Of a DNA stretch of 64,000 nucleotides, positions 11,699-25,610 are shown in pieces. Each line of letters opens with the position of its first letter. The first letter of the stretch is position 1. The notes under the pieces are model-generated. The model did no database searches. It worked only from the letters and a program-made list of their open reading frames with translations, and was not told the origin of the DNA. Both the position numbers and the translations under genes were made by a program. The stretch covers positions 184,264,001 to 184,328,000 of the forward strand of contig CM126205.1 of assembly GCA_052327205.1 (NCBI GenBank). The letters run 5' to 3'. This DNA comes from Somniosus microcephalus. Its lineage: Eukaryota.

Positions 11699-12094
11699 AT
11701 TATCATATGCTTAATAAATCTGTGAATATCTACCTGTAATACTGTGAATGCTATTATTTTGCGGAGTAACTTATAAGTAAGAACACCGATCCTCTAACAA
11801 ATTGACACCCCATTAAAGGAGCTATTTTGTAGATATATCATAGAACAGAGACTTAAGGACGCTACCTGATTTCTCTGATTGGTAGAGTCGTGCCTAGAGC
11901 CTTCTCACTTTTAGTACTTGCATGTTTCAGTAACATTATTTTAAAGCTATGACTGTACCTAAATCTAAACTAGATGAATGTTTAGAGAAATATATCCTTA
12001 AACACAAGGAACTGCGCTTGATGCTGTCCTACAAGCTGATCCATTAGATTAGGTCCAAATTTGCTTTGAGCAAGAATTTATTGTTAAAATTATT

Positions 12095-13050
12095 AAGGAA
12101 CAGAAACATTTAAAACAGTGATCACTAGAGTCCAGGAGAAATATATTCCACTAAAAAACAAGAACAAATTCCGCAATAATGAAACACCATTGGGTGAATA
12201 AAGAGAGAAGGGCAAAATTGAAACTAAAGAAAAAGGCATACACTAAACAGATAGAAAACAAAGGAGAGGATGACAAAATGGAATGCAAAGAGGTTATGAA
12301 AGAAGTCAAAAAGCAATTAAGAAAGCAAAGAGGAACTACAAAATTAAATTATCAAGAAATATAAAAAGAAATAGTAAAGTATTTTACAGACAAATAAATA
12401 ATAAAAGAAAAATCAGGATCGGGATAGTGCCACTAAAGGATGCACAAGATAAATTTGCAAGTAATGACAGCGAAATGGCAGAAATATTGAATAGTTACTT
12501 TGCCTCAGTATTTACCAGGGAGACTAACAAGGTGGACATGAAATTAGAAGAGATCAAAAAAGATGTAACAACATTTAAGATAGAAAAGAGTGTGAATTAA
12601 TAAACTAACCAAACTTAGGATAAAACCCTTGCTCCAGATGGATTGCATCTATGCATAGTAAAAGAAGCGTTAGCAGAGGCACTATTACATATATAAAAAA
12701 TCATTAGAAAAGGGAATAGTGCCAGAGGACTGGCGGACTGCGAATGTTATTCCTATATTTGAAAATTAGATAGAACAATTCCAGGTAATGTCAGTGGTAG
12801 GAAAGATAATGGAATCTTTACTCAAAGATGTAATAGAAAAACATCTGGACACTGAAAATATAATAAAGTATAGTCAACACTGTTTACAAAAGAGAAGGTC
12901 ATGCTTGAACAACCTTATTGAATGCTTTGCAGAAGTAACAGAAAGAGTAGACAAGGGTAATGCAGTAGATATAATATATTTGGATTTTCAAAAGGCCTTC
13001 GATAAGGTTGCGCATAGTAAATTCACGAATAAGGTAAGAACATGTGGAGC
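12095..13050 (+). mobile_element. CR1 LINE ORF2 fragment
   Basis: AEILNSYFASVFTRE; DIIYLDFQKAFDKVAH. Confidence 0.85.
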
Positions 13051-13206
13051 TAGGCCAATGTTCCCTCTAAGGTGCGCGTGGCAAAGCTGTGCAGCAATCG
13101 TAAATGTACCACGCATTAAAAGAAAGAGGCCGCTCACTACTGCAGAGATCAAGGCCAACAGCAGAGTCAGAAACCACAAGGCAAGGACTACAGCGGGAGA
13201 GGAGAG

Positions 13207-13962
13207 TGTAAGAATAAGCCATTTGCTGTAAATATTGCTGTGACTTGACCAAAACTGAAAACAAACTTGACCACATTTTGGTATACCAGCATGCTTCGGG
13301 AAGGTGAGAGGCTCTTGTGAGAACTTTTGTTCGAAAACTGCTCACAGATAATGACAACCTTGGGCAAGAACAGAACTTTGCTAAATGAATTGTTACAGCT
13401 GTAAGCTGTGAAAGGCTGCCAGCTACCTTTTACCAAGATAAGGAAAGCATGCTTTGAGAGTCCTGTGGGAACATCTTCAGACTTTGGAATGTAATCTCGA
13501 AGGCCCGTGGATGCCTAACAGACTAGTGATAAGAAGGTATGAGAAACAACTGATGACCATTATGCCGTATAGTTAGGGACACGTACGCAGTGGGAGGGTT
13601 GCCAAATTTTGGGGTATAACAGGTGCTGTTTCAAGACACTTGGGGCTGCAGTCAGGAGGGGTGACCTGGTCAAGTGCCAGAAATCATACATCTAGTCACA
13701 ATCGAATTGACCACTCATTGGTGTTAGTACGTATGTGGTTTCGTTTTTCTTGAGCTTAAAGTAAAGGGATAGCTCTGTGTATGTTTAGGTATAATTGGGA
13801 ATTATTATACATTACAAGACTATTGGATTACTTCTAATCTCTTGCTGATGTTTAAGTAAAAGAAGTTTTCACAGATTCATTGGGTTTTGTGTTGTCCATT
13901 CGATGGGTCTGAACTTTGGAAACGGTTTAATGGGGCGAGGGGCGATTTCCGCACATCTTACA
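13207..13962 (+). mobile_element. Solo LTR (756 bp)
   Basis: Inverted termini TGTAAGA...TCTTACA, 4-bp TSD AGAG (13203-13206 and 13963-13966), TATA-like GGGTATAA near 13612, AGTAAA near 13856. Confidence 0.8.
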
Positions 13963-14019
13963 AGAGCGAGGCTTACAGCAGAGTGGGAGACCACAAGGCG
14001 AGGACGGCAGCGGGAGAGG

Positions 14020-14185
14020 CGAGCGAGGCCGACAGTGGAACATTATAAAGGATGAGGCCTGAGAACAGAGCATTGGAAAGGGCGAGGTCCGAGAGCGGAG
14101 CATTGGAGAGGGCAAGGTCCGAGAGCGGAGCATTGAAAAGGGCAAGGCCCGAGAGCGGAGCATTGAAAAGGACAAGGTCCGAGAG
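14020..14185 (+). repeat. 30-bp tandem repeat (GAGAGCGGAGCATTGAAAAGGGCAAGGCCC-like), ~5 copies
   Basis: Visible 30-bp periodicity. Confidence 0.8.
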
Positions 14186-14189
14186 ATCC

Positions 14190-15288
14190 ACTGTTGGGGA
14201 TAATATATTAGACTGGATAGAGGATTAGCTAACTGACAGAAAACAGAGAGTCTGAATAAATGGGTCATTTTCAGGTTTGCAAACTGTAACTAGTGGGGTG
14301 CCACAAGTATCGGTGCTCGGGCCTCAACTATTTACAATCTATATTAATGACTTGGATGAAGGGACCGAGTGTAATGTAGCCAAGTTTCCTGACGATACAA
14401 AGATAGGTGGGAAAGTAAGTTGTGAGGAGTACACAAAGTCTGCAAAGGGATATAGATAGGTTAAGTGAGTGGGCAAAAATTTGGCAGATGGAGTATAATG
14501 TGGGAAAATGTGAGGTTATCCACTTTAGTAGGAAGAATAAAAAAACAATATTATTTAAATGGAGAGAGACTACAGAATGCTGCAATACAGAGGGATCTGG
14601 GTGTCCTCGTACATGAAACACAAAAAGTTAGCATGCAGGTACAGCAAGTAATTAGGAAGACAAATAGAATATTGGCCTTTATTGCAAAGGGGGATGGAGT
14701 ATAAAAGTAGGGAAGTCTTGCTACAACTGTACAGGGCGTTGGTGAGACCACACCTGGAGTACTGCGTACAGTTTTGGTCTCCTTATTTAAGAAAGGATAT
14801 ACTTGCATTGGAGGCAGTTCAGAGAAGGTTCACTAGATTAATTCCTGAGTTGAAGGGGTTGGGTCTATACTCATTGGTGTTTAGAAGAATGAGAGGGGAT
14901 CTTATTGGAACATATAAGATTCTGAGGGGGCTTGACAGGGTAGATGCAGGGAGGATGTTTCCCCTAGTGGGGGAAATCTAGAACTAGGGGGCACAGTTTC
15001 AGGGTAAGGGGTTGCCCATTTAAACCGGAGATGAGGAGGAATTTCTTCTCTCAGAGGGTCGTGAATCTTTGGAATTCTCTACCCCAGAGAGCTGTGGAGG
15101 TGGAATCATTGAATATATTCAAGGCGGAGATAGACAGATTTTTGAAAAACGGGATTCAAGGGTTATGTGGAGCGGGCAGGAAAGTGGAGATGAGTTTGAT
15201 GATCAGCCGTGATCTCATTGAATGGTGGAGCAGGCTCGAGGGGCCGAATGGCCTACTCCTGCTCCTATTTCTTATGTTCTTATTCTTA
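14190..15288 (+). mobile_element. CR1 LINE 3' part
   Basis: [36 protein letters not shown], 3' tail GAATGGCCTACTCCTGCTCCTATTTCTTATGTTCTTAT. Confidence 0.92.
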
Positions 15289-16029
15289 TGCCCGGGACCA
15301 GCTTTTCCAATGTTAAGTTTCACACGTGTGCAGAACTGTGAATGGGCTGCGCAGCCCTTTTAAAGAGGCCACGCACCCAAAAGAAAATTAGGGGGACCAT
15401 TGCCTGGGTGTATATCATTCTCTGTCTTTTGAGTTTCCAAACTGTTTGTTTATACATTTCCCCTTTCCCCCACATTCGCTCTCTGGCTAAAATGCTAAAG
15501 CAAAAGCATGCTGGGATACTTTGACCATTTTAAACCATTTTATGATATTCTAAGTTCTCCTTTTTGAACCTGAATGAAACATCATTCTGAGTTAATTAAC
15601 TTTCTTTCTGGCTTTACTTTGGATCATCTTGGAGTTTACAGTGGATTAATATTACATTTACAAAAGCACACCTATCTAGTCTAAGCTTAATTTGGTCAAT
15701 ACTATACGTCATGATACATACAGAGAAAATCATAATACATTGTACAGAAAGCTACAGTGTACCATATTATCAAGAAATCATGGACGTAAAAGATTCTCCA
15801 TCTCTCCCTTTACCCGTATCCATCTTGTGGATAATCCTTGCTAAGTATTATTTCTCCCTAGCCCTCAATTGTCCCAATTTCATTTCAAAGGAATCCAATC
15901 CTGAATTCTGTAAATCCAAATTCTACATCCCTCTTTACTTTAATTTCAATCCCTCTGACAGGTACCAGTGTGCTTAACTCTATCCTTATTGTTTCATTAA
16001 TTAGTCAGTTTCTCTATGGAGCATGTGTC

Positions 16030-17190
16030 AGTGTTGATTTGCCTTTAACAAATCCGTGCTGACTTTTATTTATTAGCCCATACCTTTTCAAATGCCTATT
16101 AATTTTGTCCTGAAGTATTGTCTCTAAAAGTTTCCCCACCACTGACCTTAAGCTGACTGGCCTGTAGTTGCTGGCTTTATCCCTCTCCCCTTTTTTGAAC
16201 AGTGGTGTAACATTTACAATCCTCCAGTCCTCTGGCACCACTCCATATCCAAGGAGGACTGGAAGATTGTGGCCAGAGGGTGTGCAATTTCCACCCTTAC
16301 TTCCTTCAGTAACCTAGGATGCATTCCATCCGGACCAGATGACTTTTCTATTTTGAGGACTGCCAACCTTTTAAGTGCCTCCTCTTTATTTATTTTGATC
16401 CTATCCAATATCGCTACTACCTCCTTTACTGCTACATTAGCAGCATCCTCTTTAGTGAAGACAGATGCAAAGTGTTCATTTAGTACCACAGCCTTGCCCT
16501 CCGCCTCCACAAGAAGACCTTTTTGGTCCCTAATTGGTCCCACCCTTCCTTTGACTACCCTTTTACTATTTATGGGTTGATAAAAGACTTTTGGGTTCCC
16601 TTTTATGTTAGCCGCTAATCCATTCTCATTCTCGCTCTCTTTCTGCCCCTTGTATTCCCTTTTTCAGACCTCTGTACTTTCTATTTTCAGCTTGGTTCTT
16701 TATTTTATTGTGAACCTTACAATTGTCATAAATCTCCTTTTTCTGTCTCATTTTAACTTCTACATCTTTAGTCATCCAGGGAGCTCTGGCTTTGGATGCC
16801 CTTCTTTTCCCACTCATAGGAATGTGTCTACTCTGTACTTGAACTATCTCCTCTTTGAAGGCCTCCTACTGTTCAATTACTGTTTTGCCTACCAATGTTT
16901 GATTCCAATCTACCTGGGCCAGATGCCTTTTCAATTGACTGAAATTAGCCCTTCTCCAGTTTAGTATTTTTATGCTTGATTGAACCTTGTCCTTTTCCAT
17001 AACTATTCTAAACCTAATGATATCGTGATCACTGTTCCCCAAATGCTCTCCCACAGAAACATGCTCCACTTCATTCCCCAGAACTAGATCCAGCATGGCT
17101 TCCTCACTGGGCTGGAAACACACTGATCACACATTTCAGGAATTCCTCCTCCTCTTTGCCCTTTATGCTGTTACTATCCCAATCTATATT
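16030..17190 (-). mobile_element. CR1 LINE ORF2 fragment
   Basis: VPEDWRIVNVTPLFKKG, NYRPVSL, GPDGMHPRLLKE, HLGNSDHDII. Confidence 0.88.
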
Positions 17191-17484
17191 AAGATAAAGG
17201 GGAAGCTAGATAAACACATGAGGGAGAAAGGAATAGAAGGTTATGCTGATAGGGTGAGATGAAGAGGGATGGGCGGAGGCTCGTGTGGAGCATAAACACT
17301 GGCATGGACCAGTTGGGCCGAATGGCCTGTTTCTGTGCTGTACATTTTTGTAAATCTATATAAGCTATCGATGACTTCCATGGTGCTCTGATTGTGCCAG
17401 ATCTGGTTTGGTATCGGAAGAATAGGCTTAGTTAGTACTTGGATGGGAGACTGATGGCAACTACCAGGTGTAGTAGTCTTCTCT

Positions 17485-17502
17485 TGCCACCAGAGGGTGC
17501 TC
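17485..17502 (+). promoter_or_regulatory. Candidate CTCF motif
   Basis: TGCCACCAGAGGGTGCTC resembles the CTCF core CCACCAG(A/G)GGGCGC; motif match only. Confidence 0.4.
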
Positions 17503-17779
17503 TCAGCTCTGCACGTTCACGCTGCCTTCAGTCAGCAATCTTTTTGCTGCATGTTCCTGCACTCACTCACTCTCTCTCACTTCCCTTTGCCCCATTTCTA
17601 CACTGTACATTTTCCTGCTGCTTTCCAGTTCAGCGCGAGAGTAGGAAGCAGCATCAACACAGTCATCAATGGACCGGAAAAAGTGGTGAGGGGGGGTGGG
17701 CAGCTGAGTACCACTGGAACAAAGAACGTTCCACATATTCCATGAAAAAACAGGCATTGCTAGGATTCATACAGGTTCC

Positions 17780-19190
17780 CATAGCATGATAAATAAGGTT
17801 GGTGAGCTGCAGGCACAAGTTTCCACATGGGGTTATGATATAGTGGCAATAACGGAGAACTGGCTCAAACAAGGGGAGGATTGGGAACTTATATTCCTGG
17901 CTACAATGTATTCAGGAAAGATAGGGAAGGAAAAAAAGGTGGGATGGTGGGTGGTGGTAGGATTTGTCAAAGATACTGTTGCAGCCCTGGTAAGGGATGA
18001 TGTTCTTGAGGATTCAAAGACAGAATCTATGTGGATAGAGCTGAGGAGCAGAATAGGAGCTTCTTTGCTGCTGGGTGTACACTGTAGACCACCAAATAGT
18101 GGGAAGGAGAGGGAGGAGCAAATCTGCAGGCAAATTTCAGAATGATATAAAAGCAATAGAGTAGTGACAATGGGGGACTTCAATTATCCTAATAGAGACT
18201 GGGGGGTGGGGGGGAAGGGGAAGGAAGTCCTGAATTGTGTACAGGAGAACTTTCTTGATCAGTATGTTTCCAGCTCAATGAGGAAGGAAGCAGCGCTGGA
18301 TCCAGTTCTGGGGAATGAAGTGGAGCATGTTTCAGTGGGAGCGCATTTGGGGAACAGTGATCACTATATCATTAGGTTTAGAGTAGTTATGGAAAAGGAC
18401 AAGGAAAAAAAATCAAGGTGAAGATACTCAACTGGAGGAGGGCTAATTTCAGTGAGTTGAAAGGGGATCTGACCCAAGTGGATTGGAATCAAAGATTGGC
18501 AGGTAAATGAGCAATGGGAGGCCTTCAAAGCAGAGATGGTTCGGATACAGATTAGACACATTGCTATAAAGGGGAGATGAAGGGCATCCAAAGCTAGAGC
18601 TCCCTGGCAGACTAAAGATATAGAGATTAAAATGAAACAGAAAAAGGAGGCTTATGATAAATGTCAGATTCATAATCACAGAATCACAGATCACAGAAAC
18701 CCCACAGTGCAGATAGAGGCCATTTCGGCCCATCGAGCCTGCACTGACACATATCCCACCCGATCCCCGTAACCCCTACACCAACACATATCCCACCCTA
18801 TCCCCGTAAGCCCACATATTTTAATCCCCCTAACACTAAGGGTCAATTTATCATAGCCAATCAACCTAACCTGCACATCTTTGGACTGTGGGAGGAAACC
18901 GGAGCACCCGGAGAAAACCCACGCAAACACGGGGAGAATGTGCAAACTCCACACAGACAGTCACCCGAGGCCGGATTCGAACCCGGGTCCCTGGCGCTGT
19001 GAGGCAACAGTGCTAACCACTATGCCACCGTGCTGCCCATACAGTGGAGAATCAAGCAGAATACAGAAAGTGTAAAGGAGAACTGAAAAACGTAATAAGA
19101 GGGGCAAAGTGTATGAGAATAGATTAGCAGGTAACATAAAAAGAACACTAAAGTCCTTGAAAAACATATAAATAGTAAAAGGGTAGTCGA
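17780..19190 (+). mobile_element. CR1 LINE endonuclease region, interrupted by HE1 SINE
   Basis: YDIVAITENWL, LLGVHCRPPNS, MGDFNYP, GNSDH (APE endonuclease motifs). Confidence 0.85.
18675..19038 (-). mobile_element. HE1-type V-SINE (tRNA-derived head, V domain, CR1-like tail)
   Basis: Minus strand GGGCAGCACGGTGGCATAGTGGTTAGCACTG...GGGTTCGAATCC (A/B boxes), V-domain GTGGAGTTTGCACATTCTCCCCGTG...GGGTGCTCCGGTTTCCTCCCACAGTCCAAAGATGTGC, CR1-type 3' tail. Confidence 0.9.
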
Positions 19191-19224
19191 TTCATGGACA
19201 GAACCAGTGATAGAACAGTGACAG

Positions 19225-19716
19225 GTATAAAGGCCTTGTACCAGGGAAGCTAAAAATGAAAGAGATAAAGTAAATTCCAATGGGGTGAAAAACTATAAAC
19301 AAGATAACACTGAACATGGTAAAGTTGGTGGAAAAATACTGGAAAGGCGGGATGCTACCTTAGTCTGAATGACAATGGTATTTTGACCATTAGAACCAAT
19401 TAAAAAAGGTGATTTTGTTAAAGACCATATACGGACACTGGCCAAACCAACTTTTAATAAGAAAAGGGTTAAAACCTCGATACTCAAAGAACTACTTTAC
19501 ACAGACGTACTGCGAGAACAAAGGAACAGACTTAAGATGACATCATCTGTGTCCGAGAGGTTCCAGAGACCAAGGGAAGCGAGCTACTCATTAAAACTAT
19601 CGCCTAATAAGTATATTACACTGTATGCTTAATAAATCTTGATCTATTGCTCAAACATACTGACTGCTGCCTATTGGTGTCTTGTCCAAGGACTCAGAGA
19701 TCATTAAGATCTTACA
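19225..19716 (+). mobile_element. Possible LTR remnant inserted in the start of the 12-bp satellite
   Basis: Unique segment with AATAAA (about 19631) ending TCTTACA, flanked by satellite units on both sides; 5' terminus unclear. Confidence 0.35.
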
Positions 19717-22700
19717 GATACATGGACAGATCCATGCACGGATGCACTGGTGGATCCACTGACGGATCCATTGACAGATCCATTGACAGATCCATAGACA
19801 TCTCCATTGACAGAACCAGTGACAGATCCATTGACAGATCCATTGAGAGAACCAGTGATAGATCTATTGACAGATCCATGGAGAGATCCAGTGATAGATC
19901 TATTGACAGATCCATGGAGAGATCCAGTGACATCTCCATTGAGAGATCCATTGACAGACCCATTGACAGACCCAGCGACAGATTCATAGACAGATCCATT
20001 GATAGATCCATGGACAGATCAATTGCAACAAGACCTGGACGATGTTCAGGCTTGGGCTGTTAAGTGGCAGGTAACATTTGCACCACAGAAGTGCCAGGCA
20101 ATGACTATCTCCAACAAACGAGAGTCTAACCACCGCCCCTTGACATTCAATGGCATTACCATCGCTGTATCCCCCAAAATCAACATCCTGGGGGGGGGTC
20201 ACCATTGACCAGAAATTTAACTGGACCAGCCACACAAATACTGTGGCAACAAGAGCAGGTCAGAGGCTAGGTATTCTGCGGCGAGTGTCTCACCTCCTGA
20301 CTCCCCAAAGCCTTTCCACCATCAACAAGGCACAGGTAAGGAGTGTGATGGAATACTCAACACTTGCCTGGATGAGTGCAGCTCCAACAACACTCAAGAA
20401 GCTCAACACCATCCAGGACAAAGCAGCCCATTTGATTGGCACCCCATCCACCACCTTAAACATTCAATCCCTCCACCACCGGTGTACCGTGGCTGCAGTG
20501 TGTACCATCTGCAAGATGCACTGCAGCAACTCGCCAAGGCTTCTTTGGCAGCACCTCCCAAACCCACGACCTCTTCCACCTAGAAGGACAAGGGCAGCAG
20601 GCGCATGGGAACACCATCACCTCCAAGTTCCCCTCCAAGTTACACACCATCCTGACTTGGAAGTATATCGCCAATCCTTCATCGTCACTGGGTCAAAATC
20701 CTGGAACTCCCCCCCCCCCCCCCCCTAACAGCATTGTGGGAGTACCTTCACCACACAGACTGCAGCAGTTCAAGAAGGCAGCTCACCACCACCTTCTCAA
20801 GGGCAACTAGAGATGGGCAATAAATGCTGGCCTTGCCAGCGATGCCCAGATCCCATAAGCGTATTAAAAAAAAGATCCATGGACAGATCCATTGACCGAA
20901 CCATGGACAGAACAATTGATTGAAACATTGACAGAACTATTGATAGAACCATTAACACAACAATAAACAGATCCATTGACACAACAATAAACAGATCTAT
21001 TGACAGATCCGTGGACAGATCTATTGACAGACATATGGACAGACCCACAGACAGATCCATGGAGAGATCCATTGACGGATCCATTGAGAGATTCATAGAT
21101 AGGATCATTAAGAGGCCCTTGGACAAAGCCTTGGAGAACCATTGATAGCACTATTCATAGATCCATGGACAGATCCATTGAGAGAACCGGTGACAGATCC
21201 ATGGACAGATCTACTGACAGATCCATTGACAGACTTATGGATAGATCCATTGACAGACTTATGGATGGATCCATTGACCGATCCATTGACGGATTCATGG
21301 ACAGAACCATTGACAGATCCAGTGACAAATCTACTGAAAGATCCAGGGACAGAGCTACTGACAAATCTACTGACAGATCCATTGACAGATCCAGTGACCG
21401 ATCCAGGGACAGGTCCATTGACAGATCCAGTGACAGATCCATTGGCAGATTCATGGACAGACTTATGGATGGATCCAGTGACAGATCTACTGACAGATCC
21501 ATTGACAGACTTATGGATGGGTCCATTGACAGCTCCAGTGACAGATCCATTGACAGATCCAGTGACAGATCTACTGACAGATCTGTTGACAGAGCCATTA
21601 ATGGACTTATGGATGGATCCATTGACAGATTCAGTGACAGATCCAGTGACAGATCTACTGACATATCCATTGACAGATCCAGTGACAGATCTATTCACAG
21701 ATCCAGTGACAGATCCGTTGATAGACTTATGGATGGATCCATTGATAGATCCAGTGACAGATCCATTGACAGATCCAGTGTCAGATCTACTGACAGATCC
21801 ATTGACAGACTTATGGATGGATCCATTGACAGATCCAGTGACAGATCCATTGACATCTACTGACAGATCCATTGACAGATCCAGTGACAGATCTACTGAC
21901 AGATCCATTGACAGATCCAGTGACAGATCTACTGACAGTCCAATGAAAGATCCATTGACAGACTTATGGATGGATCCATTGACAGATCCATTGGCAGACT
22001 TATGGAAGGATCCATTGACAGATCTACTGACAGATCCATTGACAGGTCCAGTGACAGATATACTGACAGATCCAGTGACAGATCCAGAGACAAATCCATT
22101 GACAGATCTACTGACTGATCCATGGACAGATCCATTGACAGACTTATGGATGGATCCATTGACAGATCCAGTCACAGATCCATTGACAAATCCAGTGACA
22201 GATCGATTGACAGATCTACTGACAGATCCATTGACAAATCCATTGACAGACTTATGGATGGACCCATTGACAGATCCATGGAGAGATCCATGGACAGAAC
22301 CAGTGACCAAATCATTGTACAAATCATTGAGAGGATCATTAACAGATCCATTGACAGGAAAATTGACAGATCCATGGACAGATCCAGTGACAGAGCCAGT
22401 GACAGATCCATTGACTGATCAATTGACAGATCCAGTGACAGATCCATTGACAGATCCATTGACAGATCCATTGACAGACTTATGGATGGATCCATTGACA
22501 GATTCATGGAGAGATCTGTGGACAGAACCAGTGACCAAATCATTAGATGAATCATTGACAGGATCATTAACAGATCCATTGACAGGACAATTGACAGATC
22601 CATGGACAGATCTACTGACAGACCCAGTGACAGATCTACTGACAGATCCAGGGACAGATCCATGGACAGATCCATTGACAGACTTATGGATGGATCCATT

Positions 22701-25610
22701 GACAGATCCAGTGACAGATCTACTGACAGATCCATTGACAGACTTATGGATGGGTCCATTGACAGCTCCAGTGACAGATCCATTGACAGATCCAGTGACA
22801 GATCTACTGACAGATCTGTTGACAGAGCCATTAATGGACTTATGGATGGATCCATTGACAGATTCAGTGACAGATCCAGTGACAGATCTACTGACATATC
22901 CATTGACAGATCCAGTGACAGATCTATTCACAGATCCAGTGACAGATCCGTTGATAGACTTATGGATGGATCCATTGATAGATCCAGTGACAGATCCATT
23001 GACAGATCCAGTGACAGATGATTGACAGATCCAGTGTCAGATCTACTGACAGATCCATTGACAGATCCATTGACAGACTTATGGATGGATCCATTGACAG
23101 ATCCAGTGACAGATCCATTGACATCTACTGACAGATCCATTGACAGATCCAGTGACAGATCTACTGACAGATCCATTGACAGATCCAGTGACAGATCTAC
23201 TGACAGTCCAATGAAAGATCCATTGACAGACTTATGGATGGATCCATTGACAGATCCAGTGACAGATCCATTGGCAGACTTATGGAAGGATCCATTGACA
23301 GATCTACTGACAGATCCATTGACAGATCCATTGACAGGTCCAGTGACAGATATACTGACAGATCCAGTGACAGATCCAGAGACAGATCCATTGACAGATC
23401 TACTGACTGATCCATGGACAGATCCATTGACAGACTTATGGATGGATCCATTGACAGATCCAGTCACAGATCCATTGACAAATCCAGTGACAGATCGATT
23501 GACAGATCTACTGACAGATCCATTGACAAATCCATTGACAGACTTATGGATGGACCCATTGACAGATCCATGGAGAGATCCATGGACAGAACCAGTGACC
23601 AAATCATTGTACAAATCATTGAGAGGATCATTAACAGATCCATTGACAGGAAAATTGACAGATCCATGGACAGATCCAGTGACAGAGCCAGTGACAGATC
23701 CATTGACTGATCAATTGACAGATCCATTGACAGATCCATTGACAGATCCATTGACAGATCCATTGACAGACTTATGGATGGATCCATTGACAGATTCATG
23801 GAGAGATCTGTGGACAGAACCAGTGACCAAATCATTAGATGAATCATTGACAGGATCATTAACAGATCCATTGACAGGACAATTGACAGATCCATGGACA
23901 GATCTACTGACAGACCCAGTGACAGATCTACTGACAGATCCAGGGACAGATCCATGGACAGATCCATTGACAGACTTATGGATGGATCCATTGACAGATC
24001 CAGTGACAGATCTACTGACAGATCCATTGACAAATCCATTGACAGATCTATTGACAGATTGATGGACAGATCCATTGACTGATCCATTGACAGACTTATG
24101 GATGGATCCATTGACAGATCCATGGAGAGATGCATGGACAGAACCAGTGACCAAATAATTGACAGGATCATTGACAAATCCATTGACAGGACAATTGACA
24201 GATCCATGGACAGATCCATTGACAGATCTATTGACAGAACCATTGACAGATCTGTTGACAGATCCATTGAAAGACCCAGTGACAGATCCATTGAGAGATC
24301 TGTTGACAGATCCACAGACAGATCAATGGACAGATCCATAGACAGATCCATTGAGAGAACCGCTGACAGATCCATTGACATATCCAAAAACAGATCCATG
24401 GAGAGATCCATCGGGAGATCCACTGAGAGATCCATGGACAGAATCAGTGACTGAATCATTGGCCAAATCATTGACCAAATCATTGACAGATCCATTGACA
24501 GATCCATTGACAGAACAATTGACAGATCCATTGACAGATCCATTGACAGATCCATTGACAGAACCATTGACAGATCCATTGACAGAACCATTGACAGATC
24601 CATTGACAGATCCATTGACAGAACCATTGACAGAACCATTGACAGAACCATTGACAGATCCATTGACAGAACCATTGACAGATCCATTGACAGAACCATT
24701 GACAGGAGCATTGACAGATCCATTGACAGAACCATTGACAGATCCATTGACAGGAGCATTGACAGATCCATTGACAGGACCATTGACAGAACCATTGACA
24801 GATCCATTGACAGATCCATTGACAGGAGCATTGACAGAACCATTGACAGGAGCATTGACAGATCCATTGACAGGAGCATTGACAGATCCATTGACAGAAC
24901 CATTGACAGAACCATTGACAGACCCATTGACAGATCCATTGACAGAACCATTGACAGAACCATTGACAGATCCATTGACAGGAGCATTGACAGATCCATT
25001 GACAGATCCATTGACAGGAGCATTGACAGATCCATTGACAGAACCATTGACAGATCCATTGACAGAAGCATTGACAGATCCATTGACAGGACCATTGACA
25101 GAACCATTGACAGGAGCATTGACAGGAGCATTGACAGATCCATTGACAGATCCATTGACAGGAGCATTGACAGATCCAGTGACAGATCCATCAACTGATC
25201 CATTGACAGGTCCATTGACAGGAGCATTGACAGATCCAACGACAGATCCATCGACAGATCCAGTGTCAGATCCATTGACAGATCCAGTGTCAGATCCATC
25301 GATAGATCCATCGACAGAACTATTGCAGAACAAATTAGAGATCTATTGACTGAGCCATTAACAGAATGATGGAAAATACCCTGGAGAGAGCCTCAGAGAA
25401 AGACATGGAAAGAACCATGGACAACACTATTGACCAAACCATAGACAGAATTATAGACAGGTACATGGACAGCAGCATGGCCAGAGCCATTAACACATCC
25501 ATGGACAAAAACTCAGAGTAATATTGCCAGATCTATGGACAGCTCCATTGACAGATCATAAATGGAACCATGGACGAAGCCATTTGGACAGCCATTGACA
25601 GAACCATTTG
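19717..25610 (+). repeat. 12-bp satellite (TTGACAGATCCA)n with variants, ~6 kb including a LINE insertion
   Basis: Hundreds of units, degenerate at the edges; remnants also at 19190-19224 and 28455-28570. Confidence 0.97.
20022..20872 (+). mobile_element. LINE family B 3' fragment inserted into the 12-bp satellite
   Basis: QQDLDDVQAWAVKWQVTFAPQKCQ, VRSVMEYSTLAWMSAAPTTL, family B 3' end plus A-tail. Confidence 0.9.

Larger units (their letters stand above)
13056..15402. mobile_element. hAT-type MITE termini (same family as 41433-41703) enclosing nested LTR and CR1 pieces
   Basis: TIR CAATGTTCCCTCTAA at 13056 and TTAGGGGGACCATTG ending at 15402. No TSD visible, so the two ends may belong to different copies. 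Confidence 0.5.

Noticed and set aside
18960-19038. tRNA gene
   Set aside because: tRNA-derived head of an HE1-type SINE, contiguous with the V domain and LINE tail.
21108-25349. Long ORFs (627 aa TDPL, 615 aa MDLS, 404 aa VNGS, DRSI) suggesting a repeat protein such as an antifreeze or mucin
   Set aside because: They are open on both strands in several frames only because the 12-bp unit lacks stops. Frames break at indels, LINEs interrupt the array, and there is no signal peptide or splice structure.
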